Positions 18,046 through 26,414 of a DNA stretch of 52,771 nucleotides are shown here, in pieces. The first letter of the stretch is position 1; every line of letters starts with the position of its first letter. Both the position numbers and the translations under genes were made by a program. The notes below the pieces were generated by a model that ran no database searches, was not told the DNA's origin, and saw nothing but the letters and a program-made list of their open reading frames with translations. The stretch comes from an uncultured Piscirickettsiaceae bacterium (GTDB taxonomy: Bacteria > Pseudomonadota > Gammaproteobacteria > GCF-002020875), in NCBI GenBank assembly GCA_964344805.1, contig CAYFOU010000001.1, positions 1 to 52,771 on the forward strand. Reading direction: 5' to 3'.

Positions 18046-18597
18046 ATGGGTAACAGCGATATGATTGGGCATGATCCACTGGCATGGATCAAGGAAGAGT
18101 CTACTGCAGAGCGTTCAGCCGAAGCGCGTGTGGAAGAAGCTGCCCCAGCTCCTGTTCCATCAACGCCTGAACCGGTAGCAGCAGAACCGGCTGCGGCTCC
18201 TGTTCAACCGCCTCCTCAAGAGGAGCCTGTCGTACAACAGCAGGCACCGATAATGGAGCAGCAGGCAGAACCAGAGCCCGCTCCAGTGGCAGTTGCCCCG
18301 GCAGCGGTAGAAGAAGATAGTGGGCAGATTGTGATGGAGTTGGGGGAGCAGCTGGCGATTGCAACCGTGGCCAAGGTCAGGGCTGGCTGGATGGACAAGA
18401 TTGCCTCCGGTGTTCAGGTGCCCGTGGTGCTGGATGGTGGCAAGGTACAGAGTATTGATACTGCGGGTCTGCAGCTGGTGATCTCGTTGATCCGGGAGCT
18501 GGGTGAAGGGGGCGTCTCATGGCGTTGGGGGGAACGTTCAGAGACCTTGCAGAGCAGTGTGGAGCAGTTGGGGCTAAATGAATTGATGGCACTGTAG
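18046..18597 (+). CDS. STAS-domain protein with a Pro/Ala/Glu-rich linker
   Basis: The C-terminal ~95 aa resemble STAS/SpoIIAA (VVLDGGKVQSIDTAGLQLVISL). Residues ~25-90 are low-complexity PAPVPSTPEP.... AGGAG RBS. Confidence 0.65.
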   Translation: MGNSDMIGHDPLAWIKEESTAERSAEARVEEAAPAPVPSTPEPVAAEPAAAPVQPPPQEEPVVQQQAPIMEQQAEPEPAPVAVAPAAVEEDSGQIVMELGEQLAIATVAKVRAGWMDKIASGVQVPVVLDGGKVQSIDTAGLQLVISLIRELGEGGVSWRWGERSETLQSSVEQLGLNELMAL

Positions 18598-18626
18598 GCT
18601 CCACCCGATAGAGGCAAAGACCGTAT

Positions 18627-19214
18627 ATGGATCAGCTGGAAAACGATACAAATGATCTGCACTCCCTGGGGTGGAAGGAGTTACAGGACACCATATTGAC
18701 CCTGAATCTTGCGGTGGCGCAGATTGAGATGTCAATGAAGGATGGAGACCATTCAGTATCAACGCTGATTGACTCGTTTACTACGCTCTCCGGTTGCGTG
18801 CAGGTGATCGATAGTGCCAGTTCGGAGATCCCTGATCGACCCACCGTAGAGACCGACTGTCGTACTATCCGTGAGACGGTACAGACCAATGTCGATCTGG
18901 TTGCAGAGAAGATTGCTGCAGCGATTGTCGCCTTCCAGTTCTATGACAAGCTGACCCAGCGTCTCTCTCATGTAAGCAGTAGCCTCAGCGAGCTGACCAA
19001 GATCGTCTCGGATCAAGAGCAGATTGCCTCTCATGAGGATTGGCACACCTTGCGAGAGCAGCTGCGCAAGACCTACAGCATGGTGGATGAGGCAAGTATG
19101 TTCGAGGCCATTATGCGTGGTGAAGATATCGAGAGTGCCATTCGTATCGCCAGTTCCAATAAAGAGCGGCCAGCTGATGAGAAAGACAATACCGGAGAGG
19201 TAGACCTTTTCTGA
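18627..19214 (+). CDS. hypothetical protein with a CheZ-like DxxxQ motif (candidate CheY-P phosphatase)
   Basis: 195 aa, predicted helical. FQFYDKLTQRL has D107 (nt 18945-47) and Q111 (nt 18957-59), spaced as in the CheZ active site QDLTGQ. Acidic C-terminus ends GEVDLF. Confidence 0.5.
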   Translation: MDQLENDTNDLHSLGWKELQDTILTLNLAVAQIEMSMKDGDHSVSTLIDSFTTLSGCVQVIDSASSEIPDRPTVETDCRTIRETVQTNVDLVAEKIAAAIVAFQFYDKLTQRLSHVSSSLSELTKIVSDQEQIASHEDWHTLREQLRKTYSMVDEASMFEAIMRGEDIESAIRIASSNKERPADEKDNTGEVDLF

Positions 19215-19230
19215 AAAACCTAGTATTTTA

Positions 19231-19255
19231 TAAAGATCTTTAGGGATGCCGTTAA
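19231..19255 (+). promoter_or_regulatory. possible sigma28 (FliA) promoter for the MCP gene
   Basis: TAAAG-N12-GCCGTTAA, with the -10 matching GCCGATAA at 7/8. The spacer is about 2 nt shorter than consensus. About 50 nt upstream of the ATG. Confidence 0.4.
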
Positions 19256-19305
19256 AATTAATAAGAATGGCCTGATAATAAATAAAGATGGAGGGGAGCT
19301 AAGCC

Positions 19306-21585
19306 ATGCATTCATTGTTAAGGGATCTGTCGATTGCCAAACGTATCGCCTTGGCCTTTGGTCTGATTCTGTTGCTTGCAGGGACTGGTGGGGGGCTGGT
19401 GCTGATCAACATGAATCAGCTCAGTGATCAATTGACTGCAATTGTCAGTAATTACAACGTCAAAATCCAGCTTGCCAGCGAGATTCGCGATGAGGGGCGC
19501 AAACGCGCTGAAGCGATTCGCAATATGTTGTTGACAAGTGATGAAGACCAACTGGATACCTATAAAATAGAGTTTGATGACTCAGTGAAGCGGTATACCG
19601 CGTTGATTCTGGATCTGGTTGATCGGGTTGAAGACGAGGAAGAGAAGGCGATGATGGATCAGGTTCGCAAGAACTCTGCCGCCACCTTCCCGGTGATGAA
19701 TGTGATGATGCAGAACATCATGGACGGGTTTGGGGAAGACTCGATTGAGACGCTGCAGACCGAGGGGGCGGCATTGCAGACAGCACTGCTCGATTCCCTG
19801 AACCGTTTTGTGAAGCTGGAGAAGGAGCGCATTGATCAGGCCAGTGCAGAGGCGGAGCAGGTTGCACAGAACGCACTGTTTGTGGTGATTGTGGCCAGTG
19901 TGGCCATCTTCTTCTTTATTCTGGTTGTCTGGTATTTCCTTTCCCGCTCCATGAGTGAACCGCTGAAGGGGATTGTGGGGCTGATGGATACCCTGCGTGA
20001 ACATGGAGACTTTTCAGTGCGCTGTCGCTCTTACGGCAAGAGTGAGCTGGGGCAGATGGCGACGGGCTTCAATGAGTTGATGGATTCCCTGCAGAAGACC
20101 ATTGATGCGATTCGTCAAGGAATGCGAGAGGTTGCTGATGGTAAACTGAGCGCCCAGATTGAAACTGATGCCAAGGGAGATCTGGCAGAGTTGAGAGACA
20201 GCATCAACCGTACCGTAGAAGGGGTCAATGAGACGGTTAATGGCATCCGTGAGGTGATGCAGAATGTGGCTCTGGGTAACTTTGATCGCACGGTTGAGAC
20301 CGATGATGCCAAGGGAGACCTGGCGGATCTGGCGGCCAATATCAATGAGAGTATCAGCAGCCTCAACAGTGCGATTCGCAGCATTGATGGGGTGATGAGT
20401 GCGGTCGCTCAGGGAGACTTCTCTGCGCGTGTCGAGGTTGCATTGTCAGGAGACCTTGCCGGGTTGAGAAGACACCTCAATTCATCACTGGATGCATTGA
20501 GTGGAGCGATTGATGATTCGATGCAGGTGGCGATTGAGCAGTCCAAGGGTGATCTCACCTCCAGGGTATCGGGTGACCATGCGGGGCAGTTGGGGGTACT
20601 CAAGGATGCGATCAATGCCTCTCAGGAGAAGGTCTCCGGGGCGATTGGAGAGATTGCCAGATCCTCTGTTGCGGTCTCCAAGGCGAGTGACCAGATCTAT
20701 AGTACCAGTGCTGACCTCAGTCAGCGCACTCAGGAGCAGGCGGCCTCCATTGAGGAGACTGCAGCCAGCATGGAGGAGATGACCGCTTCGGTGAAGCAGA
20801 ACTCCGACAATGCAGGTCAGGCAGACCAGCTGGCCTCTAATGCACGTGATCTGGCGGAAGATGGTGGTGCAGTGATGTCTCGTGCCACCAGTGCGATGAA
20901 CGCAATCTCTGAATCCAGTCAGAAGATCTCCGATATTATTGCGGTGATTGATGGTATCGCCTTCCAGACCAATCTGCTGGCGCTTAATGCGGCAGTAGAG
21001 GCGGCTCGTGCTGGTGAGCAGGGACGCGGCTTTGCGGTGGTTGCCGGCGAGGTACGTACTCTGGCGCAGCGCAGTGCCGATGCTGCAAAGGAGATCTCTA
21101 CCCTGATTGCAGATAGTGCCGACAAGGTTAAGGAGGGGGCCGGACTGGTTGATGAGGCTGGGCACTCCCTGACCGAGATCGTTCACAGTATCAAGAAGGT
21201 GAGCGATATTGTGGCCGAGATTGCCGCAGCCAGTGCCGAGCAGACTGCTGGTATTGAGCAGGTCAATCGTGCAATCACTCAGATGGAGCGCTCTACACAA
21301 GATACAGTTGAGCTGGTGGAGCGCACCGCTGCAGCCAGCGAGTCGATGAGCAAACAGGCCGATGGCATGAAGGGGTTGGTCTCATTCTTCAAGGTGGATG
21401 GTGTTGAAATTGGTGCCGGAAGTGGAGCGTCATACACTCCAGCTCCGGTTATAACCGAGAGTATGCCGGCAGCCGTTGATCCTGAGCCTGTTGAGGCGGC
21501 TACTCCGGCTCCAGTGGCATCTGCTGCAGAGAAGAGGTACCCTAAATCTCCAAACCATGCAGATGCAGAGTGGGCCGAATTCTAG
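19306..21585 (+). CDS. transmembrane methyl-accepting chemotaxis protein with a poly-HAMP array and a C-terminal pentapeptide
   Basis: TM1, a helical periplasmic domain and TM2, then five consecutive HAMP-like units (aa ~213-445). MCP signalling hairpin [17 protein letters not shown]...[33 protein letters not shown]. Ends in EWAEF. Confidence 0.9.
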   Translation: MHSLLRDLSIAKRIALAFGLILLLAGTGGGLVLINMNQLSDQLTAIVSNYNVKIQLASEIRDEGRKRAEAIRNMLLTSDEDQLDTYKIEFDDSVKRYTALILDLVDRVEDEEEKAMMDQVRKNSAATFPVMNVMMQNIMDGFGEDSIETLQTEGAALQTALLDSLNRFVKLEKERIDQASAEAEQVAQNALFVVIVASVAIFFFILVVWYFLSRSMSEPLKGIVGLMDTLREHGDFSVRCRSYGKSELGQMATGFNELMDSLQKTIDAIRQGMREVADGKLSAQIETDAKGDLAELRDSINRTVEGVNETVNGIREVMQNVALGNFDRTVETDDAKGDLADLAANINESISSLNSAIRSIDGVMSAVAQGDFSARVEVALSGDLAGLRRHLNSSLDALSGAIDDSMQVAIEQSKGDLTSRVSGDHAGQLGVLKDAINASQEKVSGAIGEIARSSVAVSKASDQIYSTSADLSQRTQEQAASIEETAASMEEMTASVKQNSDNAGQADQLASNARDLAEDGGAVMSRATSAMNAISESSQKISDIIAVIDGIAFQTNLLALNAAVEAARAGEQGRGFAVVAGEVRTLAQRSADAAKEISTLIADSADKVKEGAGLVDEAGHSLTEIVHSIKKVSDIVAEIAAASAEQTAGIEQVNRAITQMERSTQDTVELVERTAAASESMSKQADGMKGLVSFFKVDGVEIGAGSGASYTPAPVITESMPAAVDPEPVEAATPAPVASAAEKRYPKSPNHADAEWAEF

Positions 21586-21611
21586 CGCTCTTGTATTGAT
21601 GGGATTGATGG

Positions 21612-21646
21612 GAGAACAGGGCACTTTGTTGCCCTGTTCTCTTTTA
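21612..21646 (+). terminator. rho-independent terminator after the MCP gene
   Basis: GAGAACAGGGC-actttgtt-GCCCTGTTCTC (11-bp perfect stem) followed by TTTTAT. Confidence 0.85.
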
Positions 21647-21706
21647 TATGGGAAAAGTGCTGATCTATCTGGTTTACAGGGGGAGTTGCGGTAATATCTG
21701 GAGATT

Positions 21707-22447
21707 ATGGTCAATCACTCCCCCCTTTCACTGCTCAATACCGCTCGTTTAAGTGAATTTACCTCTCGGGAGGTTGCAGGGGAAGAGTGTGATGCCTTGC
21801 TAAGACAGTTGTTGGAAGCACAGCGGGCAGTGACCCTCTTTATCGATTGCGAGCATAGTGAGCAGGTCCAGCAGCTTTCTCAGGTAAGTGCGTTTAACCC
21901 TGAAAGGGAACAGCTGATGCTGGCCTCTACGGATGATCCACTCTTTAATCAACAGGCGGCAGAGTGGGGAGTAATTCTGCTCTCCCGGTTGGATGAAGGC
22001 ATCCTCCAGGTCCATCTGGAGGTAAAGAGGGTGGATGAGAGTGGCATGCTTTGCACGCTACCCGGGATTCTGCTTCTGGTGCAGCGCAGACAGGCAAGGC
22101 GGGTCAAGGCTGCAGTGGATATAGGTTACAGGCACCCCCTGTTTAGCCAATGGGATGACGTGGAAGTTTCTGTAGCAGATATTAGTGACCTGGGAATCGG
22201 TCTGCGTATCCATGGTGCCACACTGCCCTATCTTCAGCAGGAGGCGTTGCTGGAGCCAGGGCAGTTGCTGATTGAGGGGGGAGGGCAGTGTGAGGTAGGA
22301 GTTCAGATCAAGGAGATGAACTGGAAGCTGGAGGAGGATGGCTCCCACACCCTGTTTTTGGGGGGGAGTTTTGTTGGACTTTCAGCAGCCTCTGGTGCGC
22401 TGATTCGACAGTATATATTCCGCAGAGAGCAGTTGGGTGGACGATAA
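21707..22447 (+). CDS. YcgR-like flagellar brake protein (PilZN-like N-domain plus PilZ)
   Basis: 246 aa. QRRQARR (RxxxR) at residues 126-132 and DISDLG (DxSxxG) at 158-163, preceded by a ~120-aa N-domain as in YcgR/FlgZ. Confidence 0.7.
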   Translation: MVNHSPLSLLNTARLSEFTSREVAGEECDALLRQLLEAQRAVTLFIDCEHSEQVQQLSQVSAFNPEREQLMLASTDDPLFNQQAAEWGVILLSRLDEGILQVHLEVKRVDESGMLCTLPGILLLVQRRQARRVKAAVDIGYRHPLFSQWDDVEVSVADISDLGIGLRIHGATLPYLQQEALLEPGQLLIEGGGQCEVGVQIKEMNWKLEEDGSHTLFLGGSFVGLSAASGALIRQYIFRREQLGGR

Positions 22448-22588
22448 TCCAGATATTTGGTGGCCCTTGCCGATGCAGAGGATGCGACTTTAACGGGGAG
22501 ACGTTGCGTCATTTTATTGTCACTTTATATGCCTCTGGAATATGGCTGTTTTCTTTGTAATTTATTGATACTAAAATGAAATAATGAG

Positions 22589-22603
22589 TGGTATGCTATT
22601 TGC
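22589..22603 (+). promoter_or_regulatory. sigma54 (-24/-12) promoter upstream of fliM
   Basis: TGGTATGCTATTTGC has GG and GC at the correct 12-nt register and TTGC intact. About 100 nt upstream of the fliM ATG, in an AT-rich spacer. Confidence 0.5.
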
Positions 22604-22705
22604 TTTCAAGGCGATATAGGTAGTTTGTGTCTCGCTTTCCGTCACTGCAGATGGGGCATGATGATTCAGGGTGAGGCCAATTAAGAATTAGGTAACTGTA
22701 ACGAA

Positions 22706-23752
22706 ATGGATGACCTGCTTTCACAAGCTGAAGTAGATGCCCTCCTGATGGGAATGGACGGGGGAGATGTCGAGACCGATACCGGTATGGGGTTCGAGCT
22801 TGATGGGGATGTCTCCGCCTTTGATTTCACCACTCAGGAACGCATCATCCGCGGTCGAATGCCGACACTGGAGATGATTGCGGAGCGTTTTGCACGAAAT
22901 CATCGTATTACCCTGTTCAACCTGTTGAGGAAGACGGTAGAAATTGGTGTTGTCGGTATCAATGTGGTCAAGTTCAGTGAATATCTGCGCAATCTTTTTC
23001 TTCCAACCAGCCTCAATCTGGTCAAGATGCACCCATTCCGGGGGACTGCACTGGTCACTTATGATCCCAAGCTTGTTTTCTCTGCGGTAGATTATTACTT
23101 TGGTGGTTTGGGCAAGTTTGCCTTCCGTATTGAAGGGCGTGAATTTACTGTGGTGGAGAACCGGGTCATCAACATCATGCTGGAGCGTTTCTTTCAGGAT
23201 ATGGGGCCAGCCTGGGAGATGGTAGAGAGCATCGAGTTTGAGGCAGTGGGACACGAGGTGAATCCCCAGTTTGCCAATATTGTGGGTCCAACTGATCCGG
23301 TTGTAGTGATGGAGATGAGTGTTGACCTTGAAGGGGTTGGGGGAGAAATCCATATGGTGATCCCCTATTCAATGCTCGATCCGGTGCGTGAGAAGCTGGA
23401 GTCGGGAACCCAGACGGAAGGGGATCTGGATGACCGCTGGCTGCAGGCATTGCATCAGGAGGTGGAGGCGATCAAGGTGGATGTCTCCTGTGAATTGACC
23501 GAAGTGGGTATGAAGGTCAGTGATGTGGTCAATATGGAGGCAGGAGACATCATTCCGATTGAGATGCCGGAAAATGTACTGCTGCGGGTTGAGGATGTCC
23601 CGGTGCTGCGTGGGCAGCTCGGTACCCATGATGGCTGCAAGGCGATTCGGGTGACTGAAGGGGTAGAGCTTCCAGAACTGGTGCTGGGCATCAACAAAAA
23701 CAAGAAGAGAGCTGAAGAGACCGCTGCGTTGGAAGTGGCTGCTGCAAGGTAA
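22706..23752 (+). CDS. fliM: flagellar motor switch protein FliM
   Basis: N-terminal CheY-P docking peptide LSQAEVDALL, the FliM middle domain and a C-terminal FliN-like domain. 348 aa. Confidence 0.92.
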   Translation: MDDLLSQAEVDALLMGMDGGDVETDTGMGFELDGDVSAFDFTTQERIIRGRMPTLEMIAERFARNHRITLFNLLRKTVEIGVVGINVVKFSEYLRNLFLPTSLNLVKMHPFRGTALVTYDPKLVFSAVDYYFGGLGKFAFRIEGREFTVVENRVINIMLERFFQDMGPAWEMVESIEFEAVGHEVNPQFANIVGPTDPVVVMEMSVDLEGVGGEIHMVIPYSMLDPVREKLESGTQTEGDLDDRWLQALHQEVEAIKVDVSCELTEVGMKVSDVVNMEAGDIIPIEMPENVLLRVEDVPVLRGQLGTHDGCKAIRVTEGVELPELVLGINKNKKRAEETAALEVAAAR

Positions 23753-23795
23753 TCAATGTGACTGAATATGCAGATGTAATGGATAGGGTAGAGCG

Positions 23796-24191
23796 ATGAG
23801 TGAAGAAGACGATTTGGGCATGGGTGATGATTGGGGTGATGCGCTGGCAGAACAGGCTGCGGACGGTGAAGATGCCTTTGGTGCCGCTGAAATGGAAGAC
23901 TTCACCGGTGGTGAAGGAGGGGGGGATGAGATCAATCTCGATGTGGTACTGGACGTTCCGGTTACCCTGTCGATGGAGGTGGGCTCAACGATGATTACCA
24001 TCCGCAACCTGTTACAGTTGACGCAGGGATCGGTAGTGGAGCTGGATCGTCTGGCGGGTGAAACACTGGATATCAAGGCCAACGGTACCCTGATTGCCCA
24101 TGGAGAGGTGGTTGTAGTGAATGAGAAGTTTGGTATTCGTGTGCTGGATGTGACCACGCCGGAAGAACGTATTCGCCGGATCAAGCAGTAA
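23796..24191 (+). CDS. fliN: flagellar motor switch protein FliN
   Basis: Acidic N-terminus, then the SpoA/FliN block LDVPVTLSMEVGSTMITIRNLLQLTQGSVVELD...VVVNEKFGIRV. Confidence 0.9.
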   Translation: MSEEDDLGMGDDWGDALAEQAADGEDAFGAAEMEDFTGGEGGGDEINLDVVLDVPVTLSMEVGSTMITIRNLLQLTQGSVVELDRLAGETLDIKANGTLIAHGEVVVVNEKFGIRVLDVTTPEERIRRIKQ

Positions 24192-24200
24192 GTGTAGATA

Positions 24201-24593
24201 ATGAAGCTGGAAGAGAGTGCGCAGAGTGTAGAGCTGATTAACCAGCCGTTGGGGATGGGGCAACTGTTCCAGACCTTCTTCAGTCTGTTGCTGGTGATTC
24301 TGCTGATCATCGGTATAGCGTGGATTTTGCGCCGCAGTGGCCGTTTTGGTACTGCGCTGGGTGGGCAGTTGCGGGCTATTGGCGGTCTCTCGCTGGGAGG
24401 GCGTGACCGCATCTTGCTGGTGGATGCGGGGGGAACCCATATCCTGCTGGGAATCTCCCCGGCGGGTATTCGTACCTTGTATGTCTTTCCGGAACCGCTG
24501 GAGTTGGGAGAGGAGTATAATGGTGGGGCGCCGCCCCCATTCTCGGCCGCATTGCAGAAAATTCTGAAAAATCAGAATCAAAACCATGAATAG
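24201..24593 (+). CDS. fliO: flagellar biosynthesis protein FliO
   Basis: 130 aa with a single TM (LFQTFFSLLLVILLIIGIAWIL). Sits between fliN and fliP and overlaps the fliP start by 8 nt. Confidence 0.7.
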   Translation: MKLEESAQSVELINQPLGMGQLFQTFFSLLLVILLIIGIAWILRRSGRFGTALGGQLRAIGGLSLGGRDRILLVDAGGTHILLGISPAGIRTLYVFPEPLELGEEYNGGAPPPFSAALQKILKNQNQNHE

Positions 24594-25335
24594 TCGTCAT
24601 TATTTAGCAAGCAGGTTTATCCTGCTGCTTTTCGTTCTGCTGGCACCGGTTACCGCCTCGGCTGCGGGTATTCCTGCAATTACTCTGAGTGAAGATGGTG
24701 GAACCTACAGCCTCAGCCTGCAGATCCTGATTCTGATGACGCTGCTGACCCTGTTGCCGGCAGCCTTCATGACCATGACTTCATTCCTGCGTATCATCAT
24801 TGTTCTGGCGCTGTTGCGGCAGGCGATGGGAACGATGCAGAGTCCAAGCAACCAGATTCTGATCGGTTTGGCGATGTTCATGACCTTCTTCATCATGACC
24901 CCGATCTTCAACCAGGCCTATAATGATGCAGTGGTCCCGTTGATGGAGGATGAGATCAATATGCAGACCGCGCTGGAGAAGGCCTCGATTCCATTTCGAA
25001 GCTTCATGCTGCGACAGGTTCGTGAGGATGATCTCGCCTTCTTTGGTGAGCTTTCAGGGGCGGAGCCGTTTGAGGATGAGGCATCGGTGCCGTTCTCCAT
25101 CCTGCTTCCATCCTATTTGACCAGTGAGTTGAAAACCGCCTTTCAGATCGGATTCCTGATCTTTATTCCTTTTCTGATTATCGATATTGTGGTGGCCAGC
25201 CTGCTGATGTCGATGGGTATGATGATGCTCTCCCCGATGATCATCTCGCTACCGTTCAAGATCATGCTGTTTGTGATGGTGGATGGGTGGACCCTGGTGT
25301 TGGGTACGCTGGCCTCCAGTTTCCTGGTTCAGTAG
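24586..25335 (+). CDS. fliP: flagellar export apparatus protein FliP
   Basis: Signal peptide plus conserved blocks TSFLRIIIVLALLRQAMG and FLIPFLIIDIVVASLLMSMGMMMLSP. Confidence 0.93.
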   Translation: MNSRHYLASRFILLLFVLLAPVTASAAGIPAITLSEDGGTYSLSLQILILMTLLTLLPAAFMTMTSFLRIIIVLALLRQAMGTMQSPSNQILIGLAMFMTFFIMTPIFNQAYNDAVVPLMEDEINMQTALEKASIPFRSFMLRQVREDDLAFFGELSGAEPFEDEASVPFSILLPSYLTSELKTAFQIGFLIFIPFLIIDIVVASLLMSMGMMMLSPMIISLPFKIMLFVMVDGWTLVLGTLASSFLVQ

Positions 25336-25350
25336 TGGAGAGAATAGAAG

Positions 25351-25620
25351 ATGACTCCTGAAACGATTATCACCATAGGACAGCAGGCGATGGAGATGGC
25401 GGCGATGCTGGCGGCTCCTCTATTGATTGCATCACTGGCGATTGGTCTGTTGATCGGTATTTTTCAGGCAGCAACCCAGATCAATGAGATGACGCTCAGC
25501 TTCATCCCCAAACTGGTGGTGATCATGGCGGTATTGATGGTGGCTGGTAACTGGATGCTGATCAGCATGATCGACTTCACTCGACGACTCTATCAGAGTA
25601 TCCCTTACATTATCGGGTAG
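25351..25620 (+). CDS. fliQ: flagellar export apparatus protein FliQ
   Basis: 89 aa with two TM segments and the block FQAATQINEMTLSFIPKL. Confidence 0.9.
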   Translation: MTPETIITIGQQAMEMAAMLAAPLLIASLAIGLLIGIFQAATQINEMTLSFIPKLVVIMAVLMVAGNWMLISMIDFTRRLYQSIPYIIG

Positions 25621-25623
25621 AGC

Positions 25624-26403
25624 ATGACGGTAACGGCGGAACAGTTGACTGGATGGCTCGCCTTTTACCTCTGGCCCTTTATAAGAGTGAGTGGAGTGCT
25701 GGTGGTCGCTCCGGTATTCTCAACCCGAACGGTACCGATGCAGCTACGTCTCTTTGCGGCACTGGTGATCACACTGGTGTTGGCGCCCACTCTGCCCAGA
25801 ATGCCGCTGCTGGATCCGTTTACACTGGCTGGTATGCTGCAGATTGCCAACCAGTTCATGATTGGATTGGCCATCGGGTTTGTGCTGCATATGATCTTTG
25901 CCGCCTTTACCATTGCTGCACAGACCATGGGGACCTCGATGGGGCTTGGTTTTGCGATGGCCGTGGACCCCAATAATGGTGTGCAGGTGCCGGTATTGGG
26001 GCAGTTCTATGTGCTGTTTGCAACGCTGATCTTTATTGCCTTGAACGGCCATTTGATGATTATCGATACCATGAGAGAGAGCTTTATCTATATGCCGGTG
26101 AATCATATGCCGCTCTCTGCTGATGCAATCTGGTCGGTAGCGACCTGGTCCAGCATGATTTTCTCGTGGGGGGTAAAGATTGCGTTGCCGATTGTGGTGA
26201 CGCTGTTGCTGATCAATATTTCGTTTGGTGTGGTCACCCGTGCAGCCCCTCAGCTCAATATCTTTGCGGTCGGTTTTCCTGTCTCCATTATGGTCGGGTT
26301 CTGGTTGATTGTGGTTTCGTTCCCCAGTGTTCCAACCCGAGTGGCTGAACTGATGGAGAGCGCCTTCTCTGCGGTGCATGCGTTCCGCTTGGTGGGTGGA
26401 TAA
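25624..26403 (+). CDS. fliR: flagellar export apparatus protein FliR
   Basis: 259 aa polytopic protein with a FliR-like block (RAAPQLNIFAVGFP). Sits between fliQ and flhB. Confidence 0.88.
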   Translation: MTVTAEQLTGWLAFYLWPFIRVSGVLVVAPVFSTRTVPMQLRLFAALVITLVLAPTLPRMPLLDPFTLAGMLQIANQFMIGLAIGFVLHMIFAAFTIAAQTMGTSMGLGFAMAVDPNNGVQVPVLGQFYVLFATLIFIALNGHLMIIDTMRESFIYMPVNHMPLSADAIWSVATWSSMIFSWGVKIALPIVVTLLLINISFGVVTRAAPQLNIFAVGFPVSIMVGFWLIVVSFPSVPTRVAELMESAFSAVHAFRLVGG

Positions 26404-26414
26404 CGGAGTAGGGG

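Noticed and set aside
21595-21612. 9-bp tandem repeat ATTGATGGG x2 immediately before the MCP terminator.
   Set aside because: There are only two copies, with no further structure. It is probably incidental.
22472-22515. Possible weak terminator after the YcgR-like gene (GATGCGAC...GTTGCGTC followed by ATTTTATT).
   Set aside because: The 8-bp stem needs two G:U pairs and a 14-nt loop, which is too weak to call.
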